DNA of 64,000 nt, from assembly GCA_963693365.1 (NCBI GenBank), contig CAVNZM010000003.1, positions 406,851 to 470,850 on the forward strand. The letters are read 5' to 3'. The DNA comes from Amoebidium appalachense (taxonomy: Eukaryota > Protista > Ichthyosporea). This document shows, in pieces, positions 56,452 to 64,000 of the stretch (positions within the stretch are counted from its first letter, which is position 1; every line of letters begins with the position of its first letter). The notes under the pieces were generated by a model. It saw nothing but the letters and a program-made list of their open reading frames with translations. It was not told the DNA's origin and did no database searches. The position numbers were made by a program, and so were the translations under genes.

Positions 56452-59017
56452 TTGTCTCCCCTTCCCTCCCCCCTCCCCCTTCTCCTCCTCCCCTTCCCCA
56501 TCCACCGGCCTCTCCATAGCTCCCCCCCCCCCCCCGCCCCCCCCCGCACTCCTCCTCCCCCTCCAAGAGAGGGAGGGGGAGGGGGGTGAAGGGGGGAGGG
56601 GGGCGGGGGGATGATTGTAATCCAAACCGTACAAAGATGATGTTTCGCTGTGACACACATGCGTGCACGGCATGAATCTGGAAGGCTAGGAGTGCACGTG
56701 CAATTCAGGAATTTAATTCCGGCTGATGATTCCCCGTTGAATATCCACCCCCCCTCCCTCCCCCCCCCCCCCGCTCTCTCCCTCCCCTCCCCCCCCCCCC
56801 CCCCCCCTTCCCCCCTCTCCCACATGCACACACAAGAAAAAGAAGTGAAGTTTAGAAAATAAGAAAGAAAGCATGAAGCTTAGGAAAATAAAAGAAAGAA
56901 ACAGGAAAGGCAAACTTCAAAAGGATGAGCCGACCAAGAAACTAGAAAACGGGAAAACAGAAAATTGGCCTTACCCGTCAAATTAAAGGAGGGTATGTAT
57001 GTATTTTTTTCAATGTAACTTACCCAAGGAAATATCCAGCGAGAACACAGTCAAAAATACGTATCATAGTGTATCAACTAAGACCGCGAATGACTTGGAA
57101 AGAAAGAAAGACTTGGCTGCTGGCGCCCCATCATATGTCTCTGGTGCACTTTGATCAATCACATCATGATCAGGGGAACAGACAAAACACATGATGAGTT
57201 TAAAATTTGATTGTGAGCAAAGCATAAAGGTTAAAACGTTGGTGTGCACGCAGCTTTGACATTGTTTGGGTGGTCACATTGATTATCTGGTGTAAATTTT
57301 GAATACTGCCCGGTTCACCAACAACATGGAATCAAGGAAATTTTGATTTCCAAACTGGGGTGGGTGAACACACACCTCGGCAAACGCGGGGCCCACTGTA
57401 GATGTGAATGTTATGCACAGCCATCCAATGACGCGGATTCACTCCTGCAAGTTAAAATTAATTAAAAAGTAGGATTTAATCAACAAGAAAGTGAATCTGC
57501 AGCCGGTGGTAAATGGTTTTGGATGTGGGTTTGTGCAAGGGGAAAGGGGGGGGGGGGGGGGGGGGGGGGGAGGGATGTGATGGAAGCAGCTGGCGGTCTG
57601 CGAGAAGGCGACTCTGAGAGGTGAAATTTTTAAGGGGTAGGGTGGGGCCCCCCGAGGGGGGGGGGAGGGGGGAGGGGCAGGGGGGGAAGAGGGGGGGGGG
57701 GGGGAGGGGGGGGGGGGGGGGGGGGGAGGGAGGGTCCATTTGTGACTGCATCATTGGGTCGGTGCAGGTTGTGTGCATGTGTTTGTGCTGGTGCTGGTGG
57801 TGGCTGTGGTGGTTTGGGGGGAGAGGGGGGGGGGGGATGCGCATTCAAGAACCGGTTATAACTTTTTCAACTTGGCAAGTAGGGACATATCTTAATCGAG
57901 AAACCTACCTGCCTTTTTGGACTTGAGTGAGACACATGGGCCGGGTGGCTTTGACTAGCTCTGTATTTATTCAGCAAGATTCAATACCATGACCGAGCAA
58001 CTTCTAGAATCGCCCCGGAAGCAACCAGAAGCACATATTTGATAAGCAGGCACAAGGGGAGAAAAATAAGGGAGAACAAATTGGGGCATAAGGGAATTAT
58101 TGCGGAGAACGGGGGAGGGAATGCAACTGTAGCTGCCGCCTTTTAAATTTTATGCTATGTTCTGTTTTTTTCTTTTCTTTTCTTTTCTTTCTTCCTTTCT
58201 TTCATTTTTTTTTTTGTTTTGTTTGTTTTCTTTTTTTTGGTGGTGGAGGGGGGTTTGGGGAGAGGGGGAGGGGGGGGGGGGGGGGGGGGGAGGGAGGAGG
58301 AATGAAGCGGGGAGGGAAGGGGAGGGGGTGGGGGGGGGGATGGGGGGGAGGGAGGGAGGGGTGCATTAAATACTTGAGTTGTGTGACCGGCTGGACATGA
58401 AGCAGGTGAAATACCGCAAAACCCAAAGACCGTGAAATGCTGCCAGGCTCCTCGATTATTTAAGTGAATCTCAATTCTTAATTCATCATTATTACGGGTT
58501 AATTCTTCTGCATGGTGTCCTTCTGTTCCGACAATTTATTTATTATTACTGATCATTATTATTCATTTTTTTTGGGGGGTGGGAAGCAGGGGATTGCTTG
58601 GCGTCATTTGGATGTGGGGAGGGAGGTGGGGATTGGGGCCGACCGTAAGACTAAAGTTTGGTCTGTCATGGTCTGAGCCCAGTTCAGAAGTTATTGAACG
58701 GTCATTTATGTTACCAATTCATTTTGTGGGCAGCTGTGAATTCATGCCATCGGTTCATATGTATACGGGATTCTCACGAGGCCAGTTAACGTTTAGGCCT
58801 TGTGCATTATTCACATGGCACGGAAGAGAGTAAGGGAGGGAGAGGTGGAGAGAATGGGAAGGACCACAGACCACATAGACAAACAAAGGGAACGAGGAGA
58901 GCAGAGAGGATGTATAGAGATACGGGAAGGGAGCAAGAGAGATACAGAGAGGGAGAGGAAAGAGGGGAGAGCTCTTACGCAAGGGGGGGGGGGGGGGGGG
59001 GGGGGGGGAGTGGGGGG

Positions 59018-59132
<115 letters not shown>

Positions 59133-59379
59133 CGAGAGAGAGCGAGAGAGAGAGAGAGGGAGGGAGAGAGGGAGGGAGGGGAGAGAGTTCTCAGGCAGAG
59201 AGAGACAGACAGACAGATAGATATCATCATATCCGATATATAATAATTATAACTTGATATCTATTATCAGTGACTATGATATATATGTAGAAAGAGAGAT
59301 CGGAGAGAGAGTCGGGGAGAGATAGAGAGAGAGAGATAGAGAGAAAGAGAGAGAGAGAAAGTGAGAGAGAGAGAGAGAA

Positions 59380-59429
<50 letters not shown>

Positions 59430-60137
59430 GCTACATGGCAACTATATAGAACCTATGCGCCCCCCCGTAAGGTCCAATCTAGACGATCTTTCTTCTGGTG
59501 TTTTGCACACTGTGAACCCCCTATGTTCTTTCCTTTTGTGTCTTCTTGCCATAGTAGCCCTGCTCTTGTTTGATCAGGCCACCTATGTTCAAGTCAACCA
59601 GTACATGAAGAGTGAGGAAGAGGATATCAGAAAGGGTATGAGTAGGAGAGTGGCATTTTATGCATAATCCGGAGCCCGGGGGGAGAGAGGCGGGGGGGGG
59701 GGGGGGGGGGGGAGAGGGTGTAGGGGAAGAAACACATTGAACAATCGTGACCTTAGGGCATATTAGGTTGTTTAAAGTACGTGTATGAGTGTGTAAACAA
59801 ATGCTGCTCACCAATAAGATCCTTTCCCCCAATATTGCGGTCACGGTGCATATTCTTACTTTTTGGACGGTCGCTGTAATGTTCTTAATGGTGGCCCAAC
59901 ATGGTTTTTCATGATTTATTAGTCAGCCCGCCATTTAAGAACATCCTAAAATCTGGCCGCGGTGCATATTCTGAAAATAAACCCCCCACTTGGCCGCTAG
60001 TGTATTCTTATTGGCGGGTATTCTTGATGGCGGACGGTATCTGTGTGCTCAAGGTTCATGCCCGCAGGTTGTGCTATATGGTGCCTGCACAGTGTGCATG
60101 TTTATAGGCTTGCTATGCATATAAAGTAGTGTGTCAC

Positions 60138-60237
<100 letters not shown>

Positions 60238-60355
60238 ACGCGCGCGTGCGCGAGTGGAACAGTTGCGTGTTTCTGTACGTGGTATGTCTGTGCGAAGCAT
60301 GTACATAACGGTTTGTCCGTGTTCGTGTCAGGTGTGTGTGTGTGTGTGTGGTGGG

Positions 60356-60393
<38 letters not shown>

Positions 60394-60688
60394 AGCATGT
60401 GTCTAACATGTATGTGTGTGCATGATAGTTTGTTCTTCTGTGTGTTTGTGCGTGTGTGTGTACGTGTGCGTATCACAGTGCTTGTGTTTGGTGACTAATA
60501 TAATTCTCTGCGACTCTCCTTCGCACCCTTCTTTTCCCGATCTTTCTCTGAGTGATGTGTTGTTTGTTTCAACGAATGCATGTGCCCAGTGGGTGTTTGT
60601 GTGCCCTAGTGCCTGTGCATGTGCGCCTATGCCCAGAGTGGGTGGAAACGTCCTCTCTTGTTTCTTTAGTAATACTGGAATCCCCCCC

Positions 60689-60719
<31 letters not shown>

Positions 60720-60967
60720 ACGCACACACACCCACCCTCCCCCCTACCCCAGTCCCCCCACCCACCTTCACCCCACCCCACCCCTCCCCCCTACACTCAA
60801 CTTATCACTGTGAACACCGAGACTAAGTTCACTCGGAAACCCTTGTATGCGTGTGTGCATGAGAATTTACTTTTTGAAGCAACCGTTTCGCCTTGTGTGT
60901 CTGTGTGTGTGTTGGTGTGTGCGTGTGCTTGTCGAAAGTGCGTATGTGTATTTTTAACCATCCAATT

Positions 60968-61436
60968 GCAGCCACATCGGCCGAGCCAACTTGCTTCGAG
61001 CAGGGTAATTCTGCAAAAAGCAGCATTATTATTTAAAAAGCGGAATAATTCAGCTAAAAACAGAATTATTCAGCAAAAGCAGAATTAGGGTGCAAAAGCA
61101 AAACCATTGTTCTAAGAGCAGAATCATGATCAATCAGCCTGGTAAAAGCAGAATCATTCTGCTAAAAGCAGAATCTCTCTGCTAAAGGCAGAGTTATTTT
61201 GCTAAAAGCAGAATTATTCTGCTATCAAAAGCAGAACAATTCTGCATTTTGTGGAATAATTCTGCTAAAGCAATAATAATTCTGCTTAAAGGAGAGTCAT
61301 TGTGCTTTTGCGGAATCATTCTGCTAAAAGCAGAATAATTCTGCTAGAAAAAGGGTCATTCTCCTTTTGCAGAATAAATCTGCTTTTTGAAGAATAATTC
61401 TGCCATTTGTTGACTCTGCCGATGTGGTTAGGCCCT
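60968..61436. repeat. MITE/satellite of ~19-20-bp palindromic AGCAGAAT.ATTCTGCT units
   Basis: Many attctgctaaaagcagaat units; termini cagccacatcggc / gccgatgtggttaggccct. Confidence 0.7.
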
Positions 61437-61604
61437 ATTTTATGCACATGCGCACGCTACATTGTGTGTGTATGCTGTGCGTGGATAATACATATACAAT
61501 CCCTTCCTGTACACATGTCAAACACACAACACACAACACATTATAACACACATATATAGCACACAACAGACACACACAAGAACACACACAACTTGTGACA
61601 AACA

Positions 61605-61636
<32 letters not shown>

Positions 61637-61658
61637 TACACACACACACACACGCACG

Positions 61659-61742
<84 letters not shown>

Positions 61743-61761
61743 AGAGAGAGGGAGAGACGGG

Positions 61762-61887
<126 letters not shown>

Positions 61888-63222
61888 AACACACCGTATG
61901 GCGCGTGGGCACCCAGTTAGCACACAGGAAGGAAAGGTGGTGCAGTCGACGTCCATATTTAGCTCGTCATGGTAGCGCGTGTGCGAGTTCCTACTATTAT
62001 TCGAGCGCTTTAAATTCTGTGTGTGCGCAGGTACCATGATGTGCGTGGTTCGGTGTGCGTATCACAGTGTACAGTAAATTGGCCGCGGTGGTTTGGTGTG
62101 TCTTTTTGTTTGTATTCTGGTACACCCGAGCACTTCCTAAACGGAGTACGTGGCATTTGAATGTGTTCACACATGTGCCTTCATACAGTATAGTTACTTA
62201 GTTAGCAAAGACGAGGTTAATTGGGGGAAAAAAAAAAAAAAAAAAAAAAAAAAAGCCCGGGCATGTATTGTCCATACTCTGTTCCTGGCATTTAACTTTT
62301 CAAACTTTGAGGTATTGAGTCGCTTCTGCTACATAGAAAATTTGCTGCAGTAAAATACACGTTATAGTAACACGACTTATGGCGTGCTAGCTGCATTTAT
62401 GTGTGTGAGGGCATATTTTTATGAAGGGGATAAATACCTATTACATACGCAGCCTCCGAAGCCCCGAGCTCACGAGCCACGATCACGGGCGTCGACAAGT
62501 GGACGAATTGGATTGAAGAACGGTATGACACACACGGTGTAGACACCAAAAAGCACGCATTCCTGTGATAAATTCGGGAGGGCTGTCGCCAACGCGCTGG
62601 CACGCGCTAAACTTGCCAAGTAGATATTTTAAGCGTATATTCGGGTTTCAAAGCATACAGATAATATAAAATGGGGTTGTTTTGTGTATTCATGTGTTGT
62701 TTCAGGTTTCGTGGAGGAAAAAATATGACAACAGTGGAGATAAATATTGAGCCTATTCGTGAGCATGCATTCCTATGACATTCCTATCTCGAATCCTGCA
62801 GTTTCAGCACATTCCTGAGGGAACCCCCAATTAGAGCTTTCTATGTCATAGCCGGAGCGAGCGCGACGTGGTGGGGGATTAGTTTTATAAAGTTTTCTCC
62901 AAGCTAGTATATACCTCTTTAATTGAAATTCGTTGTCCACGTATGCGGTCGTGCATCCAGTAAAACCTTTTTCTGCACAACGATTAAGAAAAAAGGTCGG
63001 ACGTCCTCAGTCGGGTTTTATTGTCCGCTATTCGTCAAATAAGGCTAATTTTAACCTGATGGGCAATCGTAGTTGATTTGTTGCATATCATAAGCAGATC
63101 TTGCCACTTAGCTTTAAACACAAGTATATATGAATGCTGCAGCTTTTACAACAAAACATTTGCAATAGGTTTGCTCCCCATATATCCAGATTTTCTCTGT
63201 CTCTTTCGTTCCGTCGCACAAG

Positions 63223-64000
63223 ATGTCACCACTGTCTCGCGCCCTGGCCGCCGCATGCATGGCCGGCCTTCTCACCGCCACCAGTGCCGCGCCGTTCACG
63301 TTCTGTTACTACAGTGGAGGGCAGGAGGATTGCAAGATGGACCCTGACCTCGGAGTGTGCAAAGACGTGGCATGGTCGAGCTGCGTGGACGTGGCGGCAA
63401 CTTGGGGCGCGACCAACACCGCCGGTAACAATTATGTACAGTTTACGACAACGGCCGGCAGTACCGACTTCTCCATGGATTTCTTCAGTGATTTGAATTG
63501 CCAGGTACCCACGGGCAACTCTGCAGATAGGTTAGCCATGAGCAGCTGTTTAGCTTACCTGCCGGTGTTTGCAGGATACAAGGGCCTTGGTGCGTCCTCA
63601 TCCACCACAACATCCACCACAACATCCACTACTAAATCATCAACAACATCCACCACAAAAACCCCCGCACCAGCCCCCGCACCTACCTCTTCAGCACACA
63701 CGTCCTCTTCCATCCCTACGTCCTCACGCAGTGCCTCTACGAGCAGGGTGCTGCCTTCGACCACTACCCCTTCAACATCAGCGATCAAGCCCACACCCAA
63801 ACCAGCACCTACACCAACACCATCACCAGTTGTCACCGGGCTCATTAGCTGTGCCAAGGTGGTAAAATGTGCCACCTACAAGCCGGACCCCAAGACCTGC
63901 GGGGTGATGCGCTGCAAGGCCGGGGTGAGCTGGAACACAACAATGCCGTGCACCGAAAACTACTGCTGCTTCACGTCCGGAACACGTGGCAACTGTCTGT
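63223..64000 (+). CDS. Secreted Cys-rich protein with Ser/Thr/Pro mucin-like linker (3'-partial, intronless so far)
   Basis: MSPLSRALAAACMAGLLTATSA signal peptide; 6-Cys domain (FCYYS..EDC..VC..SSC..FFSDLNC..SSC); STTTSTTT/PAPAP/PTPTP stalk; second Cys-rich domain open to the window end (absent from the ORF track because it has no stop). Confidence 0.85.
   Translation, partial: MSPLSRALAAACMAGLLTATSAAPFTFCYYSGGQEDCKMDPDLGVCKDVAWSSCVDVAATWGATNTAGNNYVQFTTTAGSTDFSMDFFSDLNCQVPTGNSADRLAMSSCLAYLPVFAGYKGLGASSSTTTSTTTSTTKSSTTSTTKTPAPAPAPTSSAHTSSSIPTSSRSASTSRVLPSTTTPSTSAIKPTPKPAPTPTPSPVVTGLISCAKVVKCATYKPDPKTCGVMRCKAGVSWNTTMPCTENYCCFTSGTRGNCL

Noticed and set aside
55945-57200. Peptide snippets resembling eS1 (FKGRVYEV) and amidase (ETYDGAP)
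   Set aside because: Too short, with no supporting neighbouring exons.

Overview
Eukaryotic window, probably from a unicellular opisthokont or holozoan (inferred from the TPI and EXOC6 sequences). It is dense in poly-G/C tracts and (CA)n, (GA)n and (GGGA)n microsatellites, so almost all ORFs in the supplied track are low-complexity artefacts. Real genes: (1) an intron-rich exocyst subunit Sec15/EXOC6 on the minus strand, assembled by hand into 17 confident exons plus 1 tentative exon (18046 down to ~60, probably continuing off the left edge); (2) a two-exon triosephosphate isomerase (minus); (3) an intronless secreted bacterial-type beta-propeller protein (33851-35251, likely HGT); (4) a secreted Cys-rich/mucin-stalk protein running off the right edge. 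Mobile DNA: an intact-frame non-LTR RT element with no endonuclease domain, abutted by a ~575-bp module that also occurs alone; two further fragments of that LINE lineage; a recent chromodomain-bearing Ty3/Gypsy element with a 5' deletion and a tRNA-3'-end-like sequence where the PPT should be; several MITEs (TA, ATT and TTAA target duplications); and a family of short elements anchored on poly(C) that share a CTGA(G/T)GA(T/A)GGG(C/T)TCTG motif. The most unusual pattern is that many EXOC6 exon ends, with their splice sites, are echoed as graded, decaying tandem copies in the neighbouring introns. A spliceable LPCAT-like orphan exon also sits antisense in one intron. All alignments were made by eye and family assignments are from memory; no database searches were run.
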